NCBI GenBank assembly: GCA_038070475.1
Contig: JAMYWH010000005.1
Location: 7,509,461 to 7,573,460, forward strand
From: Streptomyces sp. M10(2022)
GTDB lineage: Bacteria; Actinomycetota; Actinomycetes; Streptomycetales; Streptomycetaceae
Direction of reading: 5' to 3'
Length of the DNA: 64,000 nucleotides
A program made the position numbers and the translations under genes. The notes under the pieces were generated by a model, which was not told where the DNA came from, searched no databases, and was given only the letters and a program-made list of their open reading frames with translations. Of the stretch, positions 46,570 through 60,236 are shown one piece after another; the stretch's first letter is position 1; each line of letters opens with the position of its first letter.

Positions 46570-47678
46570 ATGGCCGAACGACTCAGCAGAACCGCACTGG
46601 TGTCCGCCCTGATCGTCGCGACCGCCCTGGCCCTGGTGGTCATGGGACTCACGGCGATCACGAACGCCGGCGCCACAACCGGCGATACGGCCCGCGCGCG
46701 GCCGGTGAACCGGCCGCGGCTTCGCATGCGATGCAAGGGCATGTGAAGGCGGCGGCCGATCCCGTCCCATCGGGCGACGACCCCGACGGTGACGGTTACA
46801 TTCCGGCGAACCCGCCGGTCACCGGGGTGGAACCGTCCACAGAGATTCCGCCTCCCGCTACTTCCACGAGTTTCAGGCGAACTGCTCGGTCAACCACACC
46901 GGTTCGGTGGACCCGATCGTCTACCCCGGCCAGACCGGCAAGTCGCACAACCACACTTTCATGGGCAATGACACCACCGACGAGAACAGCACCACTGCCT
47001 CGCTCGGGGCGGGCGGCACCGCCTGCAAGGCGCCCGGTGACCTGTCCGCGTACTGGATGCCGACTCTCTTCGACGGAGACGAGGAGGTGCGTCCGGTCGG
47101 TCCGCAGACCATCTACTACAAGGCGGGGTGACCGACTACACCAGTGTCCGGCCGTTCCCCAAGGGGCTGCGGTTCGTCGTCGGCAGTCCGATGCAGACCG
47201 CGGAAGAATTCCGCAACCACCCGGGCATGGTCGAGGGCTGGGAGTGCGGGAGAGCTACAACAACTTCGAATTCCCGCGACCTGCCCGGAACGCCAGGACG
47301 TGCAGCTCAACCTGCGGATGCAGGCGCCCAGCTGCTGGGACGGAAAGAACCTGGACACTCCCGACCACCAGTCCCACATGGCCTATCCGGGGCCCAGGGG
47401 CCAACCAGAACGTCTGCCCGTCCACCCACCCGGTGGCCCTGCCGATGATCGAGTTCAAGATGGCCTGGCCCGTCAACGGTGATATGTCGCAGGTGAGGCT
47501 GGCCAGCGGTACCGGTCACTCCTTCCACTACGACTTCTTCAACGCCTGGGACGATGCCACGCTGAACGCCATGGTCAGCCACTGCATCACCGGCGGCCTG
47601 CAGTGCGACGCCCGTGGCTACGACCAGAACCACCCCGGTGAGGGTGCGGCTCTGGACGAGAACTACGAACTGCCCTGA
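46570..47678 (+). CDS. DUF1996-domain secreted protein, frameshifted
   Basis: It carries DPIVYPGQTGKSHNHTFMGN and YWMPTLF, plus a C-terminal segment in the 46731..47678 frame. Confidence 0.6.
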
Positions 47679-47808
47679 CCCGCGGGCCTCTCCCTCATGG
47701 GCGACGTGCGCCCATGAGGGAGAGCTCTCCTCATCCGGGCGCCACCCGCCCCCACACCCACCACCGGTACAGCGATACCCGTCGCCCACCCGTGAGGAGC
47801 CACCTCCC

Positions 47809-49580
47809 CATGAACATGCCATGTCTTACCCGCCGCGCCCACGCCCGCAGTCGCGCCCGCAGGCGTACGACGGCACGCCTCGCCGTCGCCGCACTCGTCG
47901 CCGCCGGTGCGGCCACCCTGCCGGTACCGGCCGCCCAGGCGGCAGGGAGCGTAGTCAAGGTCGAGGGATCGCAGGGCAACTGGCGGCTGACCGTGGACGG
48001 TTCGCCGTACACGGTGAAGGGCCTGACCTGGGGCCCGGCCGTCGCGGACGCCGGAAGGTACATGCCTGACGTCAAGTCGATGGGCGTCAACACCATACGT
48101 ACCTGGGGCACGGACGCCACCACCGAGCCCCTTCTCGACAGCGCCGCCGAACACGGCATCAAGGTAGTCGCCGGATTCTGGCTCCAGCCCGGCGGCGGTC
48201 CGGGAAGCGGCGGCTGCGTCGACTATCTGACGGACACCGAGTACAAGAACAACATGCTCGCCGAGTTCCCCAAGTGGGTGGACACCTACAAGGACCACGC
48301 GGGCGTCCTGATGTGGAACGTCGGCAACGAGTCCGTGCTCGGGCTGCAGAACTGTTACAGCGGCGAGGCTCTGGAGCAGCAGCGCGACGCGTACACGACC
48401 TTCGTGAACGACATCACGAAGAAGATCCACGCGGTCGACCCCAACCACCCGGTCACCTCGACCGACGCCTGGACCGGGGCCTGGCCGTACTACAAGAAGA
48501 ACGCACCGGACCTCGACCTCTACGCCGTGAACTCCTACGGCGCCGTCTGCGACATCCAGAAGACCTGGGAGGACGGCGGCTTCGACAAGCCCTACATCGT
48601 CACCGAGGGCGGGCCCGCCGGTGAATGGGAGGTGCCGGACGACGCCAACGGGTGCCGGACGAGCCGGCCGACCGGGCGAAGGCGGAGGGCTACGGCAAGG
48701 CCTGGCAGTGCATCACCGGTCACTCCGGGGTGGCACTCGGTGCGACGCTCTTCCACTACGGCACGGAGTACGACTTCGGCGGCGTCTGGTTCAATCTGCT
48801 GCCCGCAGACCAGAAGCGGCTCTCGTACTACGCAGTCAAGGAGGCCTACGGAGCGGACACCTCCGGCGACAACACCCCGCCAGTGATCACGGACATGACG
48901 GTGGACAATGCCGCCGCGGTGCCGGCGGGCCGGCCCTTCACCGTGAAGGCGTCGGTCTCCGACCCCGATGGTGACGCGCTCTCCTACGAGGTGCTGGTCA
49001 ACAGCAAGTACATCGACGAGAACGGCGCGCTGACACCAGTGGCGTTCACGGACAAGGGCGATGGCACCTTCGAGGTCACCGCACCGGACCGGCTCGGCGT
49101 CTGGAAGGTCTACATCAAGGCGTCGGACGGCAAGGGCAACGTCGGCATCGAGACCAAGTCGTTCAAGGTCGTGCCACCCGTGGTCGACGGTACGAACGTG
49201 GCAGCAGGCAAGCCGGCCACGGCGTCCACCTTCCAGCCGGACAGCGTCGGCTGCCCGTGCCCGGCGGGCAACGCGGTCGACGGGTCGTTCGACACCCGGT
49301 GGGCGAGCGACTGGGCCGACCAGCAGTGGCTCCAGGTCGATCTGGGCGAGCGGACCGCCTTCAACCATGTGCAGCTCGCCTGGGAAGCCGCGTACGCGAA
49401 GGGCTACACCCTCCAGACCTCGGACAACGCCCAGGACTGGACCACGGTGCACACCGTTACCGGGGCAACGGCGGTATCGACGACATCGAGGTATCGGGTG
49501 AAGCACGCTACATCCGGTTGAACACCTCCGAACGCGGCACCCTTGGGGCAACTCACTCTACGAGTTCGGCGTCTACCGGA
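47809..49580 (+). CDS. secreted clan GH-A (GH5-like) glycoside hydrolase with a C-terminal F5/8 type-C (discoidin) domain
   Basis: It has a signal peptide (ARLAVAALVAAGAATLPVPAAQA). The catalytic region carries WNVGNE. The discoidin-like tail carries AVDGSFDTRWAS...QWLQVDLG. It is frameshifted near 48650 and 49440. Confidence 0.7.
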
Positions 49581-49739
49581 GCTGACAGCCGATCTCGCAG
49601 GGCCTGCCGCGCCGTCCCACTCCCCGCTGTCGGCGCGGCGGGCAGTCCGCGGCGGGTCACGGACATCCGTGGCCCGCCGCGCACCCATGTCTCCAGCGAT
49701 GCCGCGAGGGGCCCGGCCGGACAGTGCCTGCCGACCCGT

Positions 49740-50114
49740 CCTAGGACGGGTCCTGGGGCCGTCGTCGTCCGAGCTCAGCTCCTCGGCCCGCAGCGCCAGG
49801 TCCTGCAGCACATCGGCGGAGGTCACGTCCTGCTGGCCGGAGTCGTGGATCTGCGCGAGCGCGATGAACGCCAGCGTGAAGGCGCCGACCAGCTGCTCGA
49901 CCGCGCCGCCGACCTCCCGGCCCACCAGGGCGGCCATCTCCTCGACCGTCGCGTCACCGGGAATGGCGATATGCGGCATCGTCTCGTTGAGAAGAGACGT
50001 CACAATGCTCGGGCCGGCTTCCGGATCGTTCTGGTCCGCGTCGGCGTGGCGCTGCATCTCGCCCGCCTCGGTGAGGATGCCGATCACTCGCTTCAGGACT
50101 TCACTCTGCTCCAT
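49740..50114 (-). CDS. hypothetical protein
   Basis: The ORF 49404..50114 has a plausible N-terminal 125 aa. Its 3' end is uncertain. Confidence 0.3.
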
Positions 50115-50257
50115 ACGGTGAGCATATGCGCCCTCGCGCCCTGATCAGGTGCCCTTCCCGCGGCGTGCGCGACGACCGCAGCCCCGGCCTTGGCAGCTGA
50201 GCTGCTGTGACCGGGGCTGCGTCGTAGGGCGGGCGGCCGTGCGGGGCCGGCCGTGCT

Positions 50258-51633
<1,376 letters not shown>

Positions 51634-51637
<4 letters not shown>

Positions 51638-52548
51638 TTCACGGCACCCGCGGTGAGACCGGCGACGAGATAGCGCTGCAGGAGAAGGAACCCGGCGACG
51701 ACGGGCACGCTGACGACGAGCGAGGCCGCCATCACCTGGTTCCAGTACACGTCGTTCTGGGTGGCGTAGCCCTGGAGACCGACCGCGAGTGTGCGGGTGG
51801 CGTCATTGGTCATGACGGAGGCGAAGAGCACCTCGCCCCAGGCCGTCATGAACGCGTACACGGACACCGCGACGATCCCCGGCACCGCGGCCGGCACGAC
51901 CACCCGGAACAGAGCGCCGAGGGGCCCGCAGCCGTCCACCATCGCGGCCTCGTCCAGGTCTCGCGGGATGGAGTCGAAGTAACCGATCAGCATCCAGATG
52001 GAGAACGGCAGCGAGAACGTCAGATAGGTGAGGATCAGCCGCCGCGCGAGCCGTACAGGGCGATGCCGGTGCTGTTGCCGATGTTGACGAAGATCAGGAA
52101 CAGGGGCAGCAGGAAGAGGATGCCGGGGAACATCTGGGTGGAGAGCACCGTGATGGTGAAGACGCGCTTGCCGCGGAACTTGTAGCGGCTCACGGCGTAC
52201 GCGGAGAACACCGCGATGACCACCGACAGGACGGTCGCCGATCCCGCCACGACGAGCGAGTTCATGAAGTACTTGGCGAGGGAACGGTGTCCCAGATGTC
52301 GAAGTACGGCTGGACGGTCAGCTCGGAGGGATCCACTGGAACTTCCCGGACACGTCCTGGAGCGGCTTCAGTGAGCTGCTGACCATCACATAGACGGGCA
52401 GCAGGACGAAGCCCGCCAGCAGCGTCAGGATGATGCGTCGGGTCCAGAGGAAGGACCGCGGCGCGGCCATCGGGGAGCGGTTCTTCGCAAGCGTCGTGAG
52501 TGTGTGTGTCTTCGTGGACGGCTCCGCCTGCGCGAGGCTAGACATCGG
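51634..52548 (-). CDS. sugar ABC permease (CUT1, MalG/CebG-like), frameshifted
   Basis: It has the EAA loop region ([19 protein letters not shown]) and multiple TM segments. Confidence 0.75.
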
Positions 52549-53540
52549 CTCCCTTCCTTCCGCGTGAGGTGAGGACGAGGTAGACGGCCGTGATGACCAG
52601 CAGGAAGAGCAGCAGCAGCACGGACATCGCCGAGCCGGTGCCGAAGTTCCAGGTGACGAACGACGACTGGTAGATGTGGATCGAGATCAGATCGGCGTTC
52701 TCCGGTGCCGACTTCCCGAACAGCACGTACGGGGTGTTGAAGTCGTTGAACGTCCACAGGAACAGGACGAGCACCAGCACCTGGTTGACGGGGCGCAGCG
52801 ACGGCATCGTGATCTTCCGGATCTGCTGCCAGATGCCGGCTCCGTCGATCGACGCGGCCTCGTAGAGGTCACGCGGAATGTTCTGCAGGCCCGCCATCAC
52901 GATGAGGAAGGCGAACGGCCAGCCCTTCCAGACCGAGACGATGATCAGGGTGTAGATGCTGTTGTCGCCGATCAGCCAGAACGACGGCTGATCGGTGAGT
53001 CCGAGCTGGTCGTGCAGCACGTGATTGACCAGGCCGTTGTCCCGCTGGAACATGAACGCCCAGGTGATCACCGCCGCATAGACCGGCAGGGCGTAAGGGA
53101 CGAGGAAGATCGCCCGGAGGACACCGCGGCCGCGGAAGTTCTCCTGCAGCATGATCGCCGCGGTTACCCCGAACAGCCAGGCCAGGCCCACGGAGAAGAA
53201 GGTGAAGACACACGTGACGAGGAACGAGTGGAGCAGCGCCTCGCCTATCGGGGCGTTGAAGTCGACCGCGAGCTCATAGTTGTCGAATCCGGTCCAGGGG
53301 CCGCGCCCCAGTTGTTGATGAAGAACTGCGTGAGCTGACGGAAGCTCATCACGATCCCGATGATCATCGGGACGATGTGGATCAGAAGTTCGAGCAGGAC
53401 GGCCGGCAGCAGCAGGAGATAGGGCAGTCCGCCGTGGCGGATCCGGTCGGGGATGCGCGGCAGTCTTCCGCGCGCACCCCGGTGCCCGTGCTCCCGCCGT
53501 TGGCCGGCTTGTCGGCCCGGTGGTCGGTGGTCACGGTCAT
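52538..53540 (-). CDS. sugar ABC permease (CUT1, MalF/CebF-like), frameshifted
   Basis: It carries GLQNIPRDLYEAASIDGAG and has N-terminal TM helices. Confidence 0.75.
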
Positions 53541-53562
53541 GGGGAGTGCCTTACTGCTGCAT

Positions 53563-54861
53563 CGTCTGCTGGGCCTTTTCCAGGCGCGCCCTGACGGATT
53601 CGTCGGTTATCCGCTTTCCCGCGGCGGCCTCGGCCCACAGCTCCTTGACAGCCGTACCCACGGCCGTCTCGAACTGCGACTCGTTCGGCACCTGGGGAGT
53701 GGCGCGGCGCTGGTGGCGAGGGTGTCGCGCAGGACCTTCAGGTCGGGGCGGCGAACGCCTTGTCCGCCTGCGCGGCCTCGACCGGGGAATCGATCCGTAG
53801 GTCTTGTTGAGGAGCACCTGCTCCTCGTCGCTCGTCATGAACTTCACGAACTTCGTGGCACCGTCGATGTTCTTGGTGTTCTTGAAAACCGCCATGTTGA
53901 TGCCGGCGACCATGGAGTTGATGTTCTTGCCTTCGCCCGGCGTCCCGGCCGGGACCGGGACCGGAGCGGCACCCCAGTCCTCGGGCTTCATGCCCTGGGC
54001 GGCGAAAGTGGAGGCGGCCGCCTGCCACAGCACCATGGCGGTCTTGCCCTTGGCGAAGTCGGTGAGGGACTGGTTCTGGGCGTACTCCGCGTTGCCCGGG
54101 CGATGATCTTGTCCTTCGCCATGAAGCCGACATATTGCTTCACCGCGGCGACCGCGCCGTCGGAGGCGAACGTCGGCTCGCCCGAGGCGTCGAAGAAGTC
54201 GGCACCGTGCTGTTTGCTCAGGACGAAGGTCTGGTGAATGTTGTTGGAGAGGTTGGCGCCCTCGGCTCCCAGCCCCCACTTGCCGTCCTTGGAGAGCTTC
54301 TTGCCGTCGGTGACCAGCTGGTCCCAGGTGGCGGGCGGCTCGGTGATCCCGGCCTCGGCGAACAGCTTCTTGTTGTAGTAGAGGGCGTACGCCAGCGAGT
54401 ACAGCGGCACGGCGGAGGGCGGTTCGCCCTCCGCGCCGGCCGAAGCCACCGCCGAGTCGACGAAGCGGTCCCGGCCGCCGATCGCCTCGAAGTTCTTGTC
54501 GTCCCAGGGAAGCAGCGCTCCGGTCGCCTGGAGCGAGGCGGACCAGGTGTTGCCGATGTTCAGCACGTCCGGGCCCTGGCCGGAGGTGGCGGCGGCGAGG
54601 ATCCGGTTCAGCAGGTCGGCCCAGGGCACGACCTCCAGCTTCACCTTGATCCCGGTCTCCTTCTCGAACTTCTTGAGTTCCGGAGTGAGGATCTTCTTGT
54701 CGGCCTCGATGCTCGGGCCCTGGTTGGACGCCCAGTACGTGAGGGTCTTCGGCGACTCGTTGCTGCCGCCGCCCGAGGTCGTACCGCCTCCGCAGCCGGT
54801 GACCCCGGCGGTGATGGCGAGGGTGAGGGTGGCTGCTGCCGCGGCTCTGGAATTGCGCATG
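53563..54861 (-). CDS. sugar ABC substrate-binding lipoprotein (CUT1), frameshifted
   Basis: It has a lipoprotein signal (MRNSRAAAAATLTLAITAGVTGCGG) and carries LTYWASNQG. Confidence 0.8.
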
Positions 54862-54996
54862 CGGGTGGCCCTTTCCGGGATGGCCGTCGTGGTCCGAACG
54901 GCCTCACGACTTAATTTATGGCATGAGTTAAGAGCTGAGGGAAGGTTCGCGTCAAGGGTCGGCACCGGGGTATGTTGCCGGAACGGAAGGAGCAAC

Positions 54997-56409
54997 ATGG
55001 CTGAGCGCAGTAGACGGACCGTGCGTGACCTGCGAAGGGGCAATCGGGCGAGGGTATTGCAACGGTTGTATTTCGACGGCCCGCTGAGCCGTCAGGAGCT
55101 CGGCCCCGTGACGGGACTGAGCTCGGGCTCGATCAGCAACGTGGTCGCGGAGCTGGCGGCGGAAGGGCTGCTCGAGGAGGCCGGCATCGTCGACTCCGAC
55201 GGCGGGCGCCCCGCACGCTGCTGCGCGTCGCCTCCGGCGGCGGTCTGCTCATCGGCATCGACATCGGTGAGACCCGGGTCCGAGTCGAGCTCTTCGACCT
55301 CGCGCTCACCGAACTGGCCCGCACCGAACGGCTGCTGGCCCAGCACGGCTACGACGTGGACCGTATCGTCGGCCATGTCCGTACGGGCGTGGCCGACGTC
55401 CTGCGGGACGCGGGCGCGGACCCGTACCGGCTCCTCGGCATCGGCATCGGTGTCCCGGGCATCATCGAACGCGACGGGCCCGGGGAGGGCAGGCGAACGG
55501 AGCGCGGTCGTCCACGGCCAGACCATCGGCTGGAGCGCCGTTCCCTTCGAGCAGCTGCTGCGCGGCGCCGTCGATGTGCCGCCCGAGGTGCCGTTCTTCA
55601 TCGACAACGGGGCCAAGACGCTGGGCCAGGCCGAGATGTGGTTCGGTGGCGGGCGGGGTGCGGTGCCGCCGCCATCGCCCTCATCGGATCCGGCGTGGGC
55701 GCCTGTGTGAACAGGGGCGACATCCTCGACGAGGACCGTTCGAGCGCTGCCCTCGAATGGGGTCACACCACCGTGCAGCTACGAGGCCGGCGCTGCCGCT
55801 GCGGCTCCATCGGCTGCCTGGAGGCGTACGCGGGAGCCGAGGCCATGAGGGAGCGCTGGCACGAAGCCGGCGGCCCGCTGCCCGCGGACGCCGACGACGA
55901 GACCGCCCTCGCGGCGCTTCTCGCTGCCGCCTACCCAGAGCCCGAGGGTCCCGCCCCGACGTGGTGGCACTCTCACTGCTCGACGAGACGGCGGAGTGCC
56001 TGGGTGCCGCCCTCGGAGATCTGGTCAATCTGTTCCAGCCCGAACGGATCCTGCTGGGCGGCTGGGCAGGCCTGCTGATCGGCCCGCACCTGCTCCCGGA
56101 GATCCGCCGGTACGCCCAGGAGTACGCCCTCAGCCACGCGGCCGCCCGCACCACCATCGAGATGGGCCGGCTCGGCCCGGACGCGGTCACCGTGGGTGCG
56201 GCGACCCTGCCCTGGCCGACTTCTTGGCCCGCGGCGGCAGCCGGCCGAACGGCGGGAGCCGGCCGAACGGCGGGAGCCGGCCGAACGGCGGGAGCCGGCC
56301 GAACGGCGGGAGCCGGCCGAACGGCGGGAGCCGGCCGAACGGCGGGAGCGACCCCGGCACAACGGCCGCCGATACTGTGCGCCGCCGTCACCGCACCCCG
56401 GCAGGCTGA
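54997..56409 (+). CDS. ROK-family transcriptional regulator with a C-terminal (SRPNGG)x6 repeat tail, frameshifted
   Basis: It has an N-terminal wHTH (VLQRLYFDGPLSRQELGPVTGLSSGSISNVV). The ROK sugar-kinase-like core carries GIDIGETRV. The tandem repeat is in frame before the stop. Confidence 0.7.
56241..56348 (+). repeat. perfect tandem repeat of 6 x 18 bp (CCGGCCGAACGGCGGGAG)
   Basis: Six exact copies are read directly. The repeat encodes SRPNGG units at the 3' end of the ROK gene. Confidence 0.95.
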
Positions 56410-56470
56410 GGGAGCTGCCGGTAATGGGTCGGGCGGGGCCCCGGCGAGTGCCGTGGCCCCGTGGAGCGGC

Positions 56471-57531
56471 TCACGCCGAGTCGCGTACCACCAGCGCGGG
56501 TTCGAAGATCACCGAAGTCGCCGGGCTGTCCGGCCTCGCCAGCCGGTCGAGCAGGAGCCGGGCCATCTCGGCAGCCATGTCCTCCACCGGCTGGCGCACA
56601 GTGGTCAGCGCGGGCCGGCAGGCGGAGGCCGCGCTGCTGTCGTCGAAGCCGATCACCGCCACGTCCTCGGGTACCCGCCTGCCGTGCTCGCGCAGTACAT
56701 GGCACGCCCCCATCGCCATCAGGTCGTTGCAGGCGAACACCGCGTCCAGATCGGGGTGTTCGATCAGCAGCCGCTCCATGGCGGCCTCCCGCTCTCCTGG
56801 GTGAACAGCCCTCGGCGACCGGGATGTACGGATGTCCGCGCCGCGCCATAGTGTCCCGGAATCCGGCCAGCCGGTCCTGGCCCGCGGGCACGTCCAGCGG
56901 ACCGCTGATCGTCGCGATGCGGCGGCAGCCCGGGCAAGCAGATGCTCGGCGGCCAGCCGTGCACCGTCCTGGTGGGCGAGGTCGACGTAGCTGATCCGTG
57001 CCGGCCTGGCGGGGCGGGCGTACAGCACCGCTGGCAGGCCCGCTTCGGTGATCAGACCGGGCAGCGGATCCTGCGCGTGCGTCGACACGACCAGGGCGCC
57101 GTCGGCGCTGCCCTGCCGCAGATAGGACATCACCTCCTCACGGGCGCGTGAGGTCTCGGCGAACATCAGCACGGGATGTATCCCGCGAGGCCGGAGGAAG
57201 TCGACGACGCCGGTCACCACCCTGCCGAAGAACGGATCGGCGAAGACCTGGGCGGTGAAGGAAGCACCGTCGCCGGCATCCGGTTCGACACCTGCGCCCG
57301 ACACCACCAGGGCGATCGCGTCGGCGCGCCTGGTGACCAGGGACCGGGCCGCGCGGTTGGGCATGTACCCGGTGACGGCCACCGCCTGCCGCACCGCCTC
57401 CTGGATCACGGGGTCCACATTGCGTACACCGTTGATGACCCGTGAGACGGTGGCGCGCGAGACACCGGCGGCTCTCGCCACGTCCTCCAGGGTGGGTGCC
57501 GTGCCGGCCGATCGCAGATCATCCGTCATGA
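56471..57531 (-). CDS. LacI-family transcriptional regulator (CebR-like), frameshifted
   Basis: The N-terminal HTH reads PTLEDVARAAGVSRATVSRVING. The periplasmic-binding-fold core carries VIGFDD. Confidence 0.8.
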
Positions 57532-57579
57532 GCGCATTTATAGCATCAGTGGAGAGCGCTCTCCTCCGCTCCGTCTGCC

Positions 57580-60039
57580 ACTGGGCCGGACACGGCTGAC
57601 GGTTCTCGCACCGTGAGCGTCGCAACGAGCGGCAGATCACCCGCCGAACGCCCGCCCAGCAGGCCGAAGTCCCCGGCTCCGTCTCCCACCGCCCCCACGT
57701 GGACGACCAGTGCGCGCAGGCCCGGCCGGACACCCGCACCACGGCGACGACGCTCCTGCCCGGCGCCGCCTCCACAGCCGTATAGCCGATCAGCTTGCGC
57801 ACCGGCCGCTCCACCCGGGAACCAGGCCTGCCCAGGTAGAGCTGTACGACCTCGCGCCCGTGCCGGTGCCCCGTGTTGCGCAGCCGTACGTGTACGTCAA
57901 AGGCCTCACCGGCCCGTACTGTCGCGGGCGCCGTCAGCTTCTCGTACTCCCAGCGTGTGTAACCGAGCCCGTGTCCGAACCAGTAGGCGGGCGTGGCGGC
58001 GGATCGCAGCCAGCCGCGGTACCCGATGTGCAGGCCCTCCTCGTAGTGCAGCAGCCCCACGGCAGGTTCGGTGCCCAGTACCGGGACGTCGCGCTGGGCG
58101 GCGGCCCACGTGGTGGAAGCCTGCCGCCCGGCTCCGTACGGCCGAACAGAATGTCGGCCAGCCCGTCGCCGGCCTCCTGGCCGGGGAACCAGGCCAGCAG
58201 CAGCGCGGGTACGCGTTCGTGCCACGCGACGGCCACCGGACCACCGGAGTTCACGATGACCACCGTGCGGGGTTGGCCGCCACGACCGCGCGGACCAAAT
58301 CGTCCTGACCGTCCGGCAGGGTCAGGTCCGCCCGGTCCTGCCCCTCCGACTCGCTCCGTTCACTCGTGCCCACGACCACCACGGCGACATCCGCCGAACG
58401 CGCCGCCGTCACCGCGGCGGCGCGCGCCGCCGGCATCGCCCGGAGGCGGCGCCGCAGCCAGGACGGTCGCCACACCGGTCCCGGCCGCCAGCCCGCGCCG
58501 GGCCACGACCTCGACCTCCGCGCCGGCTTCGAGTACGGCCCGCGCGTACCGGTAGGGCGGGGCGACATGCACCCGGTCGGGTCCTCGCTGTCCAGCGGGA
58601 ACGTACCGTTCAGCACCTCGCGGCCGTCGACCGTCAGCGTGAGCGGTCCCCAGCCGCCGACCGCCCAGTTCCACACCCCTGCGGTCTCCGGGCGGACCAG
58701 CGCCCTGATCTCCACGTCCGTGGCACCGTCCACCCGCACCGAAGGCTCCACGATGCGGCCGGACAGCCGGTGCTCCGCGTGCAGTTCGTTGCCTTCGCCA
58801 TCCAGCAGCCGTACCAGCACACCCGGTTCACCGGTACGCGGATCTCGCGACCAGGGCCCCTCCAGCGGCCGGGGCCGGCCGGACGCCGGCAGGCCGGGAG
58901 CGTGAATCACCGGCGCGGCGCCGCGCAGCGCGTTCTCGATGCCGGCCAGCGGGGTCACGACGCGGGACGGAAACACCTCCGCGCTGCCACCGCCCTGAAT
59001 GCGCACCGCGGTGGCGTGCGTCCCGATGACCGCGACGCTGCGCAGCTGCGCCGGATCCAGTGGCAGCAGACCGCCCTCATTGCGCAGCAGGACCGAAGCT
59101 GCGCCGACGGCCCGGCGCAGCAGACCAAGCCGGTGGGCGGGGAGGCCGCAGGCCGCCGCGACGGCTGCTCACCGCCCAGCGCCCCGACCCGGCCGGCCAG
59201 CCGCAGGAGCCGCCGTACCTTGTCGTCGAGCAGCTCCCGGTCCACGAGGCCCTGTTCCACGGCGGCGAGCAGACCAGAGGCCCAGGGGCCGGCCGGGCCC
59301 GGCATCGCCAGATCCTGCGCGGACCGCGCGGTGTCGAGCAGTGTGCGCACCGCGCCCCAGTCGGACACGACCAGCCCATCGAATCCCCAGCCGGTCTTGA
59401 GCGGCCGCTCCAGCAGCGGGAGGCGGCCATCGTGGCGCCATTGACCTTGTTGTACGCGGACATCACCGCCCATACGCCCGCATCGACGGCCGCTTCGAAG
59501 GGGCCAGGTACACCTCGTGCAGCGTCTGCTCGTCGATCCGTACGTCCACGGTCAGCCGGTCGGTCTCGGAGTCGTTGGCGACGAAGTGTTTGGCGGTGGC
59601 GGCCACCCCGCCCGACTGGATGCCCCTGATCAGGGCGGCGCCGGTCCGCCCGGTGAGCAGCGGGTCCTCCGAGAAGCACTCGAAGTGCCGTCCGCCCAGC
59701 GGGGACCGGTGCAGATTGAGTGTCGGTGCCAGGAGTACGTCGACCCCTTGCCGCGTGCCTCGGCAGCCAGCAGTACGCCGAGCTCGGTGATCAGCGGCTC
59801 GTCCCAGGTGGCGGCCAGTGCGGTGGGTGAGGGCAGGACGAGCGAGGTCTGCCGCTCGTCCCAGCTCTCGCCACGCACCCGGCGGGCCCGTCGGACAGGG
59901 TGAGCGAGCGCAGGCCGACAGTCGGTTCCGGGCGGGTGCGCCAGGTGGTGGCCCCGGTCAGCAGGCCTGTTTTCTGCCCGAGATCGAGCTTCTCCAGCAG
60001 GTGGTCGGTCTCTTCGTCCGTCATGACATGCTCCCTCAC
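57580..60039 (-). CDS. GH3 beta-glucosidase, multiply frameshifted
   Basis: It carries SDWGA, GLDMEMPG-like regions, KHFVANDSE and a C-terminal FnIII-like domain (VVQLYLGRPGSRVERPVRKLIGY). Confidence 0.8.
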
Positions 60040-60236
60040 CCCACCTCTTGCGGGAGAGCGCTCTCCCAGTAACTGGACACAGCGTCGCTGGCGGGTTCCG
60101 CCCTGTCAATGGGGATCGGCTGCGGTGCCGCGGTCGGCGGGGAGAATGGGCGCTAACTGTCCACTTGTCATCAGCCGCTGACTGCACCTAAGTTGGCCGC
60201 TTGCGACGTGTCCTACTGCCAGTGGGGAGCCAAGTC

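Noticed and set aside
55973-56362. Minus-strand ORF encoding (RRSAGS) repeats
   Set aside because: It is an antisense translation of the ROK tandem repeat. The ROK frame is supported by upstream homology.
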